Positions 34,074 to 44,743 are shown, counted from the first letter of the whole stretch. The stretch is 53,879 bases of DNA, filler included, from Stramenopiles sp. TOSAG23-3 (GCA_900128585.1; 4 parts of 4 records of this genome joined end to end with filler, not necessarily neighbours in it), one strand, 5' to 3'. The notes: generated by a model not told the origin, from the letters alone. Numbers and translations are program-made.

Positions 34074-37000
34074 TTACTCGATCGCCATGGCAATTCCTAC
34101 AATTCGTTGTCTTTTCCGTGCTTGTACGAGTTCTTGTATATTTAAATTCATTCGATCGGAGGCCTTTACTCTTTTTTTTGTGGCTTGAGCTTGTTGCGTT
34201 TCCATAAGATCTTGAGGGTAATGTTCTTGTTGTTGCGATTTTCCCAAGGTTTCATGAACGATTTCCGGATGATACTCAATGGCACTCGCTTGATCCATTT
34301 CCAAGAACTCTATGCATCTTCTGCACCAGCCCCATGAGTCCGTGTCGGTATCCATAACGGTTAAATCGTGTTCACCCAACATGGAATCGGTCAGACCAAG
34401 CATTCGTTTTACCCCGCTTGTCTCCTGAGACGAATTTTTGATGACTGGTCCGTCCTTCCTTAGGTTTCGTTTCATGTATAAGGTTTCCATAAACTGTGGC
34501 CATCGAATAACGCCTTTATCGCGATGTGGTAATCCTAAGACAATCTTCCGTTCTTTGGTATGGCAATGGGATAGACCTAGGATACATTCCTTCATAATGT
34601 TTTTCTCGTTGTTCGTTCGTATGTCTTCAAAGAGACCAATGTGAAAGTCATTAAAGCCTGTTCCCGGGATGAATACAACGACTGGTTTTTTCCCATCTTC
34701 GGTCACTGCCTTTGCAAAGTCGTCGTCGTACCTGTCTGTGTAATCGTTTTCAGGGTTTTTGTACCTGTACGAATTAAACGGTTCGCCCATCAGTTGTTGT
34801 AGTACACCGTGTATGTTGTGTATGGACGGTTTCCCGGTGGAAAATGGTATCGCGTTTTGTATTTTGACGCACAATTGGTGTATACCGTTTTTGAAGCGGA
34901 TATAATTGAAGTCAACGGTTTCGGATCCAGTGTGAGTTTTATCTTTCTTGTACCCGGGATTTAGTTTGAAGACTTTCCACATGGCACGAATGGTTTTTTC
35001 GCGGGATACAGTCAATTGTGGGATTTCAACGGTGACCATGTTCATCGCACATATGGCTATTTCTTGCGTGCAATAGAGCAATGGCTCAACATCCAACAGT
35101 TGTTCCAACTTGAACTCTTCCATGTGGTACTTTGAGTTGATGAAATGATACAAAATATCCAACGCGTTTGTAATGGTAAGAATGCGACAAAGGATGTAGA
35201 ATCGCTCTGTCGTTCGGGGTGGAATTCGTACATCAAACTTCTTGAAATTCTTTGAAATGTTGCTTAAGACAATGTTGGCAGCGTCCACGTCAACGTCTCG
35301 TATGATTCCACAAAAGATAAATTTCCAGACGTAGAAAACCTTCATTTGCTGGTCTTGGCAATAGTAGATAAACTGTTCGTACTTTTTCTTCAGTTCTGGT
35401 TTGTTTTGCATTTCGATATCTTTTGCTTTGTAGTCCGCTATGGTCTTGTCTACTCGATACACTTTGTCAAACTCACCCCAATGAAATCGTGACTTAACAG
35501 CTTCTTCTGCCAGAGCCGGGTTATCGTTGGTGGCACCCATGTAAACGCCAATTTGACTGGAAATGGCGATACGATTCTTACGTTCCCCTGTCTCCTCATC
35601 ACGAACAAATTCTTTCGTGCGCACTCGATTGGAGGTTAATTTTTCCTTCATTGACGACAACGCTTTTTGTGCGTCTTCGCTCTTGCTATTGGCTTGAAAC
35701 AATCCGGGCGGCGCTTCATTAAAGATGGTGATATGGTCGTTTTGATCCCCATCAATCGCATCGGCTCGTGTAGTCTGGTAGGTAATTTCCGATATGGTAC
35801 CGGGAACGCTCATATCCGCCGCCCGTTCAAATGCAAACGATTTCGAAGTAGCACTTTCGCCAGTGTATATTGAATTCCAATGCAGCTGGTTAATTCCGTG
35901 TTGACGGTACGCATCGTACTTTGCGTAATGCAATTTCACCAACTCCGGGTGAGCCGATGCTACACACATGAAGGAATCCAACGATTGTTGAAACCAAAAT
36001 TGCATGTTTCCAAACGGTGACAATTCGCGGTCTCTTATTTCAAAGGTGAAATATCCATGCTGTTCGTGTAATTCGGGACGCAAATGAAGCAACCAGCTCG
36101 CAATGGCTTTTCCGGGTGCCGATATATCCGCATCACCAGTAACGCACATCTGTTCAAACTTTTTAATCATAGTGTTTTTCGTACGTTGTTTATCGTCGCT
36201 AAAGGACATGCGATAGCTCGTTTCCATTTCAATGATATCAAATGCACTGATGCTATGTTGATTTTGAAACTTGCTTTTCAGGCGATCCGTATATTCCATG
36301 CTTTCACTTCCATGGCCCGGTACGAAAGTCGAATCGTACACCATGTTGGCAGTCAACCAACCATAAATTTCCAGTGGTTGTGGGTCTTCGCGTTTGCAGT
36401 AAATGGTAAAACGTCCCTTCGCAGCCGATACAACCGTGTTGTATATATTGTCATTAAGGTTGGTCCACATGTCGTTAATTTGGTGTACTTCCGTATCGGC
36501 GTTCAGGTACTCTTCCAATAAGCAACGTGCGGGACATGGTTTGATGTACATATCCTTACGTAACATGTCGTGTGGGTTTTGGGACACAATAATTTCCGGT
36601 AGATCGACCCACATGTACTGATGCGATGGAAGGTACTTTTTCCACAAGTATTGGGGTTGTAGCTGGTGCCAGAAGCGTTTCACAAGTAGCTTCTCGTTTG
36701 GGAATACGTACTTTCCATTTCGAAAATAATTGGCCCTGTCGTTTTGGCGAGCACACGCACCTTCAATTTCAAAATTTTCCAACGAAAAGATTTCAAAGGG
36801 CGAAGCCTCAAAGCCACGTATTTCCTCGTTGGACAATAGTTTGGTCGAAGAATATATTTGTTCGGAGGTGAGCGTGTTGTTCTTGTAGACGTCGCACACG
36901 TTCAAGATGTACTCTTCCTTTGTCTTTACATGGCGCATGTAATACTCCCACTCCTTGTACATGGGCTTCTTACTTTCGCCCCGTCGAGTCGCATTGGAAA

Positions 37001-37460
37001 GCATAAAGCTAAAGACACCAGCAACGTCTGGGTTCCCGCGGTTGATAAAGGCGTGAATGCGTTCGCCAACAATAGTATCGGTGTCGGATTTGACGACTTC
37101 AAAAAACAATACTACCCCATTACCATCTGGTATGGTCGGTTCTTGTTCTTCCTCGGAACCCCTTGGCTTTTTCGGTTGCTTCTTCCGTAGTCCAAGTCGG
37201 TAGACGAAATCGATAAACCAAGTAAAGGTGACGCGATACGCTTGTGACTCTTTCGTACCTTCGTCTACGTTCTGCCAATCCGCAAAGGTAGACGCATTCG
37301 ACTGCATGATACAGCGAGGAAGACGGTAGACCATGTGAATAAAGCCTTCCTCGTTGGAGGGGGGGATTTCCACACGGATATCGGACAAATGATTGGTGGC
37401 ATTAAAGGCCCAATCTTTTCCGGAATGAAGGTACGTACAAGCTTGTAAATAATCGCTCAT
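34074..37460 (-). CDS. Large AAA+ ATPase with MCM-like motifs; putative replicative helicase (1128 aa)
   Basis: Walker A GESATSKS (cf. MCM GDPxTxKS), Walker B-like ITIFNE, sensor GATN, arginine finger KSRF, PPRTTE sensor-2-like; C-terminal basic RKRQR. Confidence 0.6.
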   Translation of the reverse strand: MSDYLQACTYLHSGKDWAFNATNHLSDIRVEIPPSNEEGFIHMVYRLPRCIMQSNASTFADWQNVDEGTKESQAYRVTFTWFIDFVYRLGLRKKQPKKPRGSEEEQEPTIPDGNGVVLFFEVVKSDTDTIVGERIHAFINRGNPDVAGVFSFMLSNATRRGESKKPMYKEWEYYMRHVKTKEEYILNVCDVYKNNTLTSEQIYSSTKLLSNEEIRGFEASPFEIFSLENFEIEGACARQNDRANYFRNGKYVFPNEKLLVKRFWHQLQPQYLWKKYLPSHQYMWVDLPEIIVSQNPHDMLRKDMYIKPCPARCLLEEYLNADTEVHQINDMWTNLNDNIYNTVVSAAKGRFTIYCKREDPQPLEIYGWLTANMVYDSTFVPGHGSESMEYTDRLKSKFQNQHSISAFDIIEMETSYRMSFSDDKQRTKNTMIKKFEQMCVTGDADISAPGKAIASWLLHLRPELHEQHGYFTFEIRDRELSPFGNMQFWFQQSLDSFMCVASAHPELVKLHYAKYDAYRQHGINQLHWNSIYTGESATSKSFAFERAADMSVPGTISEITYQTTRADAIDGDQNDHITIFNEAPPGLFQANSKSEDAQKALSSMKEKLTSNRVRTKEFVRDEETGERKNRIAISSQIGVYMGATNDNPALAEEAVKSRFHWGEFDKVYRVDKTIADYKAKDIEMQNKPELKKKYEQFIYYCQDQQMKVFYVWKFIFCGIIRDVDVDAANIVLSNISKNFKKFDVRIPPRTTERFYILCRILTITNALDILYHFINSKYHMEEFKLEQLLDVEPLLYCTQEIAICAMNMVTVEIPQLTVSREKTIRAMWKVFKLNPGYKKDKTHTGSETVDFNYIRFKNGIHQLCVKIQNAIPFSTGKPSIHNIHGVLQQLMGEPFNSYRYKNPENDYTDRYDDDFAKAVTEDGKKPVVVFIPGTGFNDFHIGLFEDIRTNNEKNIMKECILGLSHCHTKERKIVLGLPHRDKGVIRWPQFMETLYMKRNLRKDGPVIKNSSQETSGVKRMLGLTDSMLGEHDLTVMDTDTDSWGWCRRCIEFLEMDQASAIEYHPEIVHETLGKSQQQEHYPQDLMETQQAQATKKRVKASDRMNLNIQELVQARKRQRIVGIAMAIE

Positions 37461-38042
37461 CTTTACAGTGAATTCTTTATTTTATATACTCTAAAAAATA
37501 TCGAGTTGATAAATCAAGATTTATCTTCTTTTTATTTTCGAAACTTTTTACTCTTCCACCATACCGAAATAACTTAGTTATAAGAAAATACAAAACAGTA
37601 AAACTTTTGTTTAACCGGAGAACAAAATAATTATAAAATACCAAATAGAATTAATATTTATATGGACCACAATATCTACCACAATTTTTATCAATGCTAC
37701 GTACCACCTAAATAAATTTATCTAATACTGTGTGCATACTAACTTAAAAAAGCCCAACATCCCATCTGGTACATCCCAAATCGATCCCAAATGGTCCAAT
37801 GCTATGTACCTGTTATTGGATTTGTAAATCCCATTTGGTACATGTGCTGTGTCTATGTATGTACATGCGTTAGTTTTTATAAAATTTTTATGGACCCCCA
37901 AACGCATACGCATATAGACATACACACTCATACACACACGGATACTCACACGGATACTCGCACGGATGTGTACAAATAAAATAAAAAAAGAAAAAGGAAA
38001 CAAACAAAAATAGAGGTATAAATATAACAAAAAGTTAACAAA
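37461..38042. promoter_or_regulatory. Divergent promoter region / candidate replication origin
   Basis: Largest non-coding gap in the viral contig; AT-rich flanks; ATCCCATYTGGTACAT and CACGGATACT repeats; TATA at both ends. Confidence 0.45.
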
Positions 38043-38966
38043 ATGTTTAGTAAAGTAAAAGAAATGTCACAAATCACTGCCAAGCGCACCGCCGAAGAGG
38101 CACAATTGACTGCGGAATCGGTAACGGAGAAGAAGTCCAAGGCCGCCAAGGGTCCGTGGATGCCAGTCGAATTCGACCACAATGGTGACTCAGCGTCGAT
38201 CGCTGTGAAGAAGAATAATTCCGGGGAGCTTATGCCGGAGGTGCGTGTAAAAGGGGACGAGGACAGTACAATGGCCGTTCAGTTCAATACTCCGTGCATG
38301 ACCGTCAAGTTCAGTGACCTAGGTCCCGGGGGAACTTACAAACCGGGAAATGACAAATCGTACGGTACTGCTGATAACTACCATTACACTGTTAAGACCG
38401 TCACTGGGCTTCCCGACAAGGTATCTGCTGCAATGCCCAAGGAAGAAGAACGCCAACAGACTTTCTTGACTTGGAGCGACAGTGTGTGCAACGCCCTTCT
38501 TGAAAAAGCGTTTGAAACTGCTGGCTGTATGGAAAAAGACAAGAAGAAGGCCGCTAAATTGGCGAAGAAGAACAAGACCGATGCAAAGACTGAATTCATG
38601 AACGGTGCCAATAAATCCATGTTCAAGGAACACACGGACAAGGAAACGGACCAAGACATCGACCTTTACGTTTGCAAGCGTAGAGGGCTAACTACGGACG
38701 GAAAGTCGGACAAAAAAGTTGACAATCGTCCTGTGTTCTGGAAGCGCACCCGCGCTGGATTCGAAAAGATGGAAGACGTCAAGTACATCTCACAAGGTTC
38801 TGTATTAAAGTACCAAGTGGGCTTTCGTATGTACAGCTCGTCTCTAGGGTACGGCGTTTCGTGCAGTCTTGGAAAGAACATTGTTGTTATCTACCAAAAA
38901 AACAACCCGTCTGGTGCAAGTTCTTCTTCTTCGAACGAACCAAATGTTCCATACATTGAATTCTAA
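38043..38966 (+). CDS. Putative ssDNA-binding protein (T7 gp2.5/giant-virus OB-fold type)
   Basis: QFNTPCM..F, ISQGSVLKYQVGFRMY..GYGVSCSL pattern; flexible tail ending in aromatic YIEF; next to the helicase-like gene. Confidence 0.5.
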   Translation: MFSKVKEMSQITAKRTAEEAQLTAESVTEKKSKAAKGPWMPVEFDHNGDSASIAVKKNNSGELMPEVRVKGDEDSTMAVQFNTPCMTVKFSDLGPGGTYKPGNDKSYGTADNYHYTVKTVTGLPDKVSAAMPKEEERQQTFLTWSDSVCNALLEKAFETAGCMEKDKKKAAKLAKKNKTDAKTEFMNGANKSMFKEHTDKETDQDIDLYVCKRRGLTTDGKSDKKVDNRPVFWKRTRAGFEKMEDVKYISQGSVLKYQVGFRMYSSSLGYGVSCSLGKNIVVIYQKNNPSGASSSSSNEPNVPYIEF

Positions 38967-39112
38967 ATTCTCGAATTGAGATAGGTCACAAAGGAGGTGA
39001 CTACGCCCGCCGCGCTATTCATCGAATTCATTCCTAATGCATTGAATTGGTGTAATGGTAAGGTGGACAAGAATTTGTACTATATTATACGATAACTATA
39101 TTATACTATGAA

Positions 39113-39550
39113 TTAAGCATTGCATACTGATCCAACACCATGACCCTGATCGTTCGTCCCACTTGCAAAAGTCCCCGAAGCATCGCACCCTTGTTTGTAC
39201 GCCCGCATTTGCTCAATACATACACTGTTGTCGTAGTTAAAGCAGCATTTCGGTCTATTCAATACGTCTACTGGAGAAGCTAGCCCGGAGACCACACTAG
39301 TATACCCAAACCCACCGGACGCCAGAGTGGCCTTACTACAGGGTTTGCAATTCAAAACGTACGTGGAACCATCGTGGTTTAAAATGCCTCCTGCTCCATC
39401 TTCTTCCAATTGATTGAATTCACCAGCGGGACATGGCGTTAAAGTTGATATAGTAGGATGTGCGAGAAATCGTCCATCGCCGTGTGGACCATCCAAAGAG
39501 AAACTGTTCGCTACAGCCAGCATGGATAAAGCGATTACAATATACTTCAT
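39113..39550 (-). CDS. Secreted Cys-rich protein
   Basis: Signal peptide MKYIVIALSMLAVANS; 8 Cys including TPCPAGEF..CKPC. Confidence 0.65.
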   Translation of the reverse strand: MKYIVIALSMLAVANSFSLDGPHGDGRFLAHPTISTLTPCPAGEFNQLEEDGAGGILNHDGSTYVLNCKPCSKATLASGGFGYTSVVSGLASPVDVLNRPKCCFNYDNSVCIEQMRAYKQGCDASGTFASGTNDQGHGVGSVCNA

Positions 39551-39636
39551 TTTATTGTATAACTTTACCATATATACTCTAAAAATCCAGATTGTTCTTT
39601 AATTTCATGTATATATAATCGTATCTTATAATACAA

Positions 39637-40080
39637 ATGAAATCGTGGATTATCTCTTCTATTTCTAGTATTATCCTCTTTACCACGATATCGTACATAG
39701 GTCATTTTTATTCGTATTGGACCACGCACTCAAAAGAATACACCCGTGCGTCTGTCTTTATTAAGACCGAAACTTGTACCAATCCTCGTGTTCGTTCCCA
39801 GCTCGGAGACTTTAACTTGTGCGATAAAAGTGAGACTATATTATCACAACCTCCTATTATCGCCGCATTGTTTGATGTGGCAAGAGACCTTAGTATATGT
39901 GGAAACAACCGGTGTAGTGTGTTCTACATCGATATTACAAAGAACCTATTCAAAGTTATAGTGGGCGCTGTAGTGTTGGCTATTCTAGGCGTGTGGGCAG
40001 GCTTATTGGACCTAAAACAACTGTGGGAAGAAAGGGTGAAAAATCATTACACTTTACCTACAAAACATAAAATTAAATAG
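39637..40080 (+). CDS. Two-TM membrane protein with a Cys-containing loop (147 aa)
   Basis: Hydrophobic N- and C-terminal segments; TATA upstream. Confidence 0.65.
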   Translation: MKSWIISSISSIILFTTISYIGHFYSYWTTHSKEYTRASVFIKTETCTNPRVRSQLGDFNLCDKSETILSQPPIIAALFDVARDLSICGNNRCSVFYIDITKNLFKVIVGAVVLAILGVWAGLLDLKQLWEERVKNHYTLPTKHKIK

Positions 40081-41566
40081 ATGCTACTTTAAGTTTCTCT
40101 GTCTTTTTACCGTATTTGTTGCATTCCTCTACAAACTGCTTTTTTCGCTTTCGAATGACTTGTTTTAATCGAAGACAGAAATCACGATTTGGTGACTTTC
40201 CATTGGAAAATAGGTACGATAGTATGTCGTTTGCCTTTGAGGGTGCACGATTGTTATACATCTCATCCACCGAAAGTACCTTTCCTTTCTCGTTGACTAA
40301 AATGTTTTTCAAATGCGTGTCGGACACGTTGTAAGCATGTCTGAAGATAAGATTCTTTACTATATCCCATAGTGTATCTTCTGAGTAGTCCTCTGCTGTA
40401 TCGACCATTTTGCCATCGAACAATGGACACACGTAATAAAATAAGTTACCTTCTTTTGCTACTTTAACCTTCATGGTCTGGAGACCGTATCGGATTTTTT
40501 CTACGTCTACCAACGCTTGAAAAAAGTTCTCCGAGTCATTTATTGGACCTTTTACAAAGTATTTTCCCGACTCGACCGTGACAATCCACGATTGCGGTTT
40601 ATTACCGTATGGCGCTCTCATGGGCTGGAGCTTCTGGACTTTCTCTCCACGTAGCGTTTCCAAGGTATTCATCGTATCTCTCGCACGTATTCGATCATTA
40701 ATATCACTGGCTCCAAATTTTGTTTCTTCGTTTTTGAAGATGTGACGTGCTTTGGTTTGAATTCGTGCACGCTTTTTCCTTCCAGTAGATGGATTTTCAA
40801 TTTTCACTGTTTCGGACAAGTAATGGTCCATTCCACGTTTTCTCTTTTTGCCGTCTACCTCGTCTTCATCAAGGACGTAATCTGGTAAGTCCAACTTTAC
40901 TCGTTTCACATCGTTCTCTTCCATTTTCACCTCAATTGGTTTCGAACAGTTATGGAATTTGTTAGCGACAAGAGTGTAAAGGAACAGTCTAGACGACACC
41001 GTTCCATTGGTCTTCCAGACGGTAATGAACATTTTCCAGAGGTATTTAGCGTGCGAGTTCATTTTTCCCAGCTTTTGTTCGATCGTGTCAAAGCCTTCTG
41101 AATCGGTGAGATCCTTCGGTGTTGGTCGCTCGTTCTTTCTAGCCATCCTCACAATAATCTTTTCAATCTGTGTAGCAAACTTTGTCTCCACACACTCGCC
41201 TTCTAGGTTGTGCGTGACATTGTACAATGCAACCTTCGCCAGCCACGAAACGTGCCTATCGGATGTTAACGAAGCCACCTGTTTGCTCAACAAAGCTACC
41301 GTCTCTTCCTGTTGCTTGAAATCCATCTTTTTGATTTTATTCTCCATTTGATCAATATGTTTTACCAGCATTTGGCCCGTTGGAAACTTATCTTCCAAAC
41401 AGATTGTTTTCAAATACCCAACTGCAAGATGGGGATAACCGGAGTCTGATATTTCAAGCGATGCTTGAATGCACGTTTGAAGGTCTCCGCGGCGTGCAGC
41501 ACACTGTTGCGTTTGTCGTAGATTGCCGAATAGATTTCCATGAATAGATTTCTTGAGTGTCCACAT
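40073..41566 (-). CDS. Fusion of an MgsA/RarA-C-like helical domain and an atypical kinase-like domain
   Basis: ARRGD..LKTICLED..LPDYVLD in the N-half; YFVKGP and DTHLKNILV..LSVDE in the C-half; NLS-like KKRKR. Confidence 0.5.
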   Translation of the reverse strand: MWTLKKSIHGNLFGNLRQTQQCAARRGDLQTCIQASLEISDSGYPHLAVGYLKTICLEDKFPTGQMLVKHIDQMENKIKKMDFKQQEETVALLSKQVASLTSDRHVSWLAKVALYNVTHNLEGECVETKFATQIEKIIVRMARKNERPTPKDLTDSEGFDTIEQKLGKMNSHAKYLWKMFITVWKTNGTVSSRLFLYTLVANKFHNCSKPIEVKMEENDVKRVKLDLPDYVLDEDEVDGKKRKRGMDHYLSETVKIENPSTGRKKRARIQTKARHIFKNEETKFGASDINDRIRARDTMNTLETLRGEKVQKLQPMRAPYGNKPQSWIVTVESGKYFVKGPINDSENFFQALVDVEKIRYGLQTMKVKVAKEGNLFYYVCPLFDGKMVDTAEDYSEDTLWDIVKNLIFRHAYNVSDTHLKNILVNEKGKVLSVDEMYNNRAPSKANDILSYLFSNGKSPNRDFCLRLKQVIRKRKKQFVEECNKYGKKTEKLKVASI

Positions 41567-41636
41567 TTTAATACAAACTTAATACTTATATAGTCCGATA
41601 ATAACTTAAATATATTTAAACAGTGATTTTTTGTTT

Positions 41637-42254
41637 CTAATTAATCCATTTAGTACCGGTCCATGTACGATTGTAGATAATTGTATCGCCTTTGCTTATG
41701 TTCTCTGGTCCCCACAATGGCTGGAGGTTGGTGTAATGACAACATTGTCTTTGCTGTTCGGGATAGCTCAGGTCGAATGAGGCCATGGGCATCATGTGAT
41801 CCATATGCCATGTTCCATGGTTCTCCCATGTCATTCCGGGAAGGAACTGCTTTTCCAGATGGTCTTGTAGGTGTGGCATGGAACAACCCAACAATGTCAT
41901 GGTTGGAGCACTCTTGATCTTGCCTTTGAATACCATCCCTACGCGGGAACGTAAATTCCTTGCAAGTCGGAACTGTGGATCGGTACGGTAACGTTCCCTA
42001 CTACGTGCGTTTCTTTGTTTCTTGACTTCCGGGCGTTTTCTGCTCAACCTTTTTTTCGCTTTTTCTTTCTCCCGGTTGTTTTTGTAGTACTTCCTGCTCC
42101 ATGCTTTTTGTTTCTCCGGGTTGTTTTTGCGATACTTCTTGTTAGCTGCCTTCTTACACACTTTGCATTGGGATTTAAGTCCATCGGGTGATGCGGATCG
42201 CTTGCCAAACTCCGTGAGCGCTTTGCTCTGGTTGCATTTGGTACAGGTCTTCAT
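41637..42254 (-). CDS. Free-standing HNH-type endonuclease copy 2
   Basis: CTKC..CKVC Zn ribbon; WHMDHMMP..HYTNLQPLW..EN.SK. Confidence 0.8.
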   Translation of the reverse strand: MKTCTKCNQSKALTEFGKRSASPDGLKSQCKVCKKAANKKYRKNNPEKQKAWSRKYYKNNREKEKAKKRLSRKRPEVKKQRNARSRERYRTDPQFRLARNLRSRVGMVFKGKIKSAPTMTLLGCSMPHLQDHLEKQFLPGMTWENHGTWHMDHMMPMASFDLSYPEQQRQCCHYTNLQPLWGPENISKGDTIIYNRTWTGTKWIN

Positions 42255-42289
42255 TTGAAAGGGTTTAAATCGCTTTTATACACCTCTTT

Positions 42290-42865
42290 CTAGTTCTTTA
42301 TCCACCGTGTACCGGTCCATGTACGATTGTAGATAATCTTATCATGTTTGCTTATGTTCTCCGGTCCCCACAATGGCTGGAGGTTGGTGTAATGACAACA
42401 TTGTCTTTGCTGTTCGGGATCGCTCAAGTAAAAAGAGGCACATGGCATCATGTGATCGACGTGCCATGTTCCATAGTTCTCCCATGTCATTCCGGGAAGG
42501 AACTGTTTAGTCAGATGCTCCTTTAGGTGTGGTATGGAACATCCCAGTAACTTCATGGTACTCGCACTCTTGTTCTTGCCTGTGAGTGCATGACGTAAGC
42601 GTCTACGTAAATTACTTGCAAGTTTGAACTGTGGATCGGTCTTATTGCGTTCCTTGTTACGTGCATTTCTTCGTTTCTTGTATTCCGGGCGTTTTTGCCT
42701 CTTCTTTGCTTGAGCATTGCATTTCTCCCGGTTGTTTTTGTAGTACTTCTTGCCTCTTGCATTATGACACACTTTGCATCGGGATGCGAGTCCATTGGGT
42801 CTATCGGACCGCTTGTAAAACTCCGTGAGCGCTTTGCTCTGGTTGCATCCTTTGCAAAACTTCAT
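42290..42865 (-). CDS. Free-standing HNH-type endonuclease copy 3 (start MKFCKGC)
   Basis: Same architecture; tandem with copy 2; same TATAAAA(A)GCGATT..TTCAAATG leader. Confidence 0.8.
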   Translation of the reverse strand: MKFCKGCNQSKALTEFYKRSDRPNGLASRCKVCHNARGKKYYKNNREKCNAQAKKRQKRPEYKKRRNARNKERNKTDPQFKLASNLRRRLRHALTGKNKSASTMKLLGCSIPHLKEHLTKQFLPGMTWENYGTWHVDHMMPCASFYLSDPEQQRQCCHYTNLQPLWGPENISKHDKIIYNRTWTGTRWIKN

Positions 42866-42922
42866 TTGAAAACTTTTCAATCGCTTTTTATAGTATAAAT
42901 ACACCTCGTTCGCTTTTAAAAT

Positions 42923-43432
42923 ATGTCAATTATAGTTGAGAAATATCAGCAACCTACAAAAGTCGCGTTTTGCGGTAGTATGGGTTCAGGCAAGTCATAT
43001 GCGGCAAACCTACTCTCCCAGAAAACGAATTTACAGGTTATGAGTATTGCCAAGCCGATTAAGGAAATTGTGGCTGAAATGGGAAAAAGTGATAGGGCTT
43101 CGCATATTTTAGTCGGTATGGTCGGCAGGTACGTAGCACCAGATACATGGATCGACAAGCTATTAGATCGTGTTCCAGACGAAGTAATCATCGACGATGT
43201 TCGATTTCCGAATGAGTGCAATAAACTCAAAGAAGCCGGGTTTACACTCATTCATCTCGACGTACCGTGGTACCAACGCTTCGCACGTATTGAAAAACGA
43301 TCCGAGGACCTCAATGACCACATAAGATGGTTCGCACATGAATCCGAGAAAGCTTTGGAAAATTACAATTCCTTCGATTACGTATGCGCAACTGAAGAAG
43401 AAGTGGACAAATTAATCGATAAACTAGTTTAA
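42923..43432 (+). CDS. Deoxynucleoside monophosphate kinase-like P-loop kinase
   Basis: GSMGSGKS; PDTWI; VIIDDVRFPNE; AHESE, typical of phage/giant-virus dNMP kinases. Confidence 0.8.
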   Translation: MSIIVEKYQQPTKVAFCGSMGSGKSYAANLLSQKTNLQVMSIAKPIKEIVAEMGKSDRASHILVGMVGRYVAPDTWIDKLLDRVPDEVIIDDVRFPNECNKLKEAGFTLIHLDVPWYQRFARIEKRSEDLNDHIRWFAHESEKALENYNSFDYVCATEEEVDKLIDKLV

Positions 43433-43463
43433 ATCACTATAATATTTTACATATTGTTTAAAA

Positions 43464-44213
43464 ATGAACCGCGATTTAAAAGAGATTCGCGATAAGAAAC
43501 TATTCCTCGAAACGTTCAAAAATGCACGCACTGAAAACGATAGTAAGTACTTGTACTATCTGCCTGTTCACGGCCCATATAATCCCAAAATAATAGTTGA
43601 AACACCGGGGTCTCGAACTCCAATTGAGTCCGAGTCTGACTGGGTAGACCTTGGTCCATATACCCCCGATATTCCCACGCCTAAAGAAGCAAGGGATGAA
43701 GAGAACCTTAGTGAAGACGACGGCAGTCCAAACCTTGTGTTTTTACCACAATATCGAAACCTGTACCAAGTGCGTAGATGGAATCCTAATGAGCCAACAC
43801 TCATACAGGTAAATGTACCATATGCAAGAAAACCGAAACCAAGCAAAGTAAACTATTCCCCAATTGAGAACGACACAGTACTTCGTTTGAACACTTGCAT
43901 CGTCAGACTTCGTTTGGAGTTAAGCAACTACACTAAAATAAGTGGGGGTACAATGGACTGGTGGGTCGGTGATGGACGGTTTAGTGGCTGGTGGGATCAT
44001 ATGTATTACTGGACGGTGAATAACAGAAATGTGTACACATTACGAACGTTTTACTTAGGCCAGTACTTTGCTATAGCAAAAGACTTACTCATGCTAAAGA
44101 ATGCTTTAAATGACAGCAATCCTAGGTTTAAACTTCAACAAACCAGACAACAACAGATCATGGCGCTGCTTAGGCGTGTAGAGAGTAATTTTGGAATGGT
44201 GTGGAGGCGTTAA
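43464..44213 (+). CDS. Hypothetical viral protein (249 aa)
   Basis: ORF with upstream TATA; 4-nt convergent overlap with the next gene. Confidence 0.7.
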   Translation: MNRDLKEIRDKKLFLETFKNARTENDSKYLYYLPVHGPYNPKIIVETPGSRTPIESESDWVDLGPYTPDIPTPKEARDEENLSEDDGSPNLVFLPQYRNLYQVRRWNPNEPTLIQVNVPYARKPKPSKVNYSPIENDTVLRLNTCIVRLRLELSNYTKISGGTMDWWVGDGRFSGWWDHMYYWTVNNRNVYTLRTFYLGQYFAIAKDLLMLKNALNDSNPRFKLQQTRQQQIMALLRRVESNFGMVWRR

Positions 44214-44743
44214 CGTAGTATGTAACTACCATTTTGTTTAATCAACCACTGAGTACCGTTCCATTTCATATCATGAACAATTTTCTTTCCTTTGCTTAAA
44301 TTTTGACGTTTAAACAATGGTTGCATGTTCGTATAATGATAGCATTTGTACTGCTCCTTGGTTTGTTCCAAGTTAAAATAACAGCATGGCATCATGTGAT
44401 CAATTTCCCACACTTTTCCATAATTGTCCCATGCCATTCCGGGTTGGAATTGCGCTTCTAGGTAGGTTCTCAGATGGTCGCTGCTGCAATTTACGAGTCC
44501 CATGGTAGTATCGCCTTTGTTTTTGCATATTTTTCTCAGCCGACGTCTCAGATTCTTTTGCAATCGAAAGAGTGGGTTTGTTTTCATTTTGTTCTTTTGG
44601 TATTGGTACATTTGCTTGTTCAAACGTTTGCTGTTCTTCTTGTAGTATTTCCGCTGTTTCGCGTTTTTGCACTGTTTGCAGTTGGTGGAACGCTTCGGAA
44701 ATTCACAGCGTAATTTAAAAGTGTTACAGTGTTTACAGTTCAT
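44210..44743 (-). CDS. HNH-type endonuclease copy 4 (more divergent)
   Basis: CKHC..CKQC; GMAWDNYGKVWEIDHMMP..HYTNMQPL..QNLSK. Confidence 0.75.
   Translation of the reverse strand: MNCKHCNTFKLRCEFPKRSTNCKQCKNAKQRKYYKKNSKRLNKQMYQYQKNKMKTNPLFRLQKNLRRRLRKICKNKGDTTMGLVNCSSDHLRTYLEAQFQPGMAWDNYGKVWEIDHMMPCCYFNLEQTKEQYKCYHYTNMQPLFKRQNLSKGKKIVHDMKWNGTQWLIKQNGSYILR

Noticed and set aside
37722-38030. 102-aa and 62-aa ORFs in the helicase/SSB gap
   Set aside because: Low-complexity translations of CA-rich repeats; more likely non-coding
38967-39112. tRNA-like TGGTGTAATGGTA and small hairpins after the SSB gene
   Set aside because: No T-arm (GTTCRA) or acceptor stem can be built
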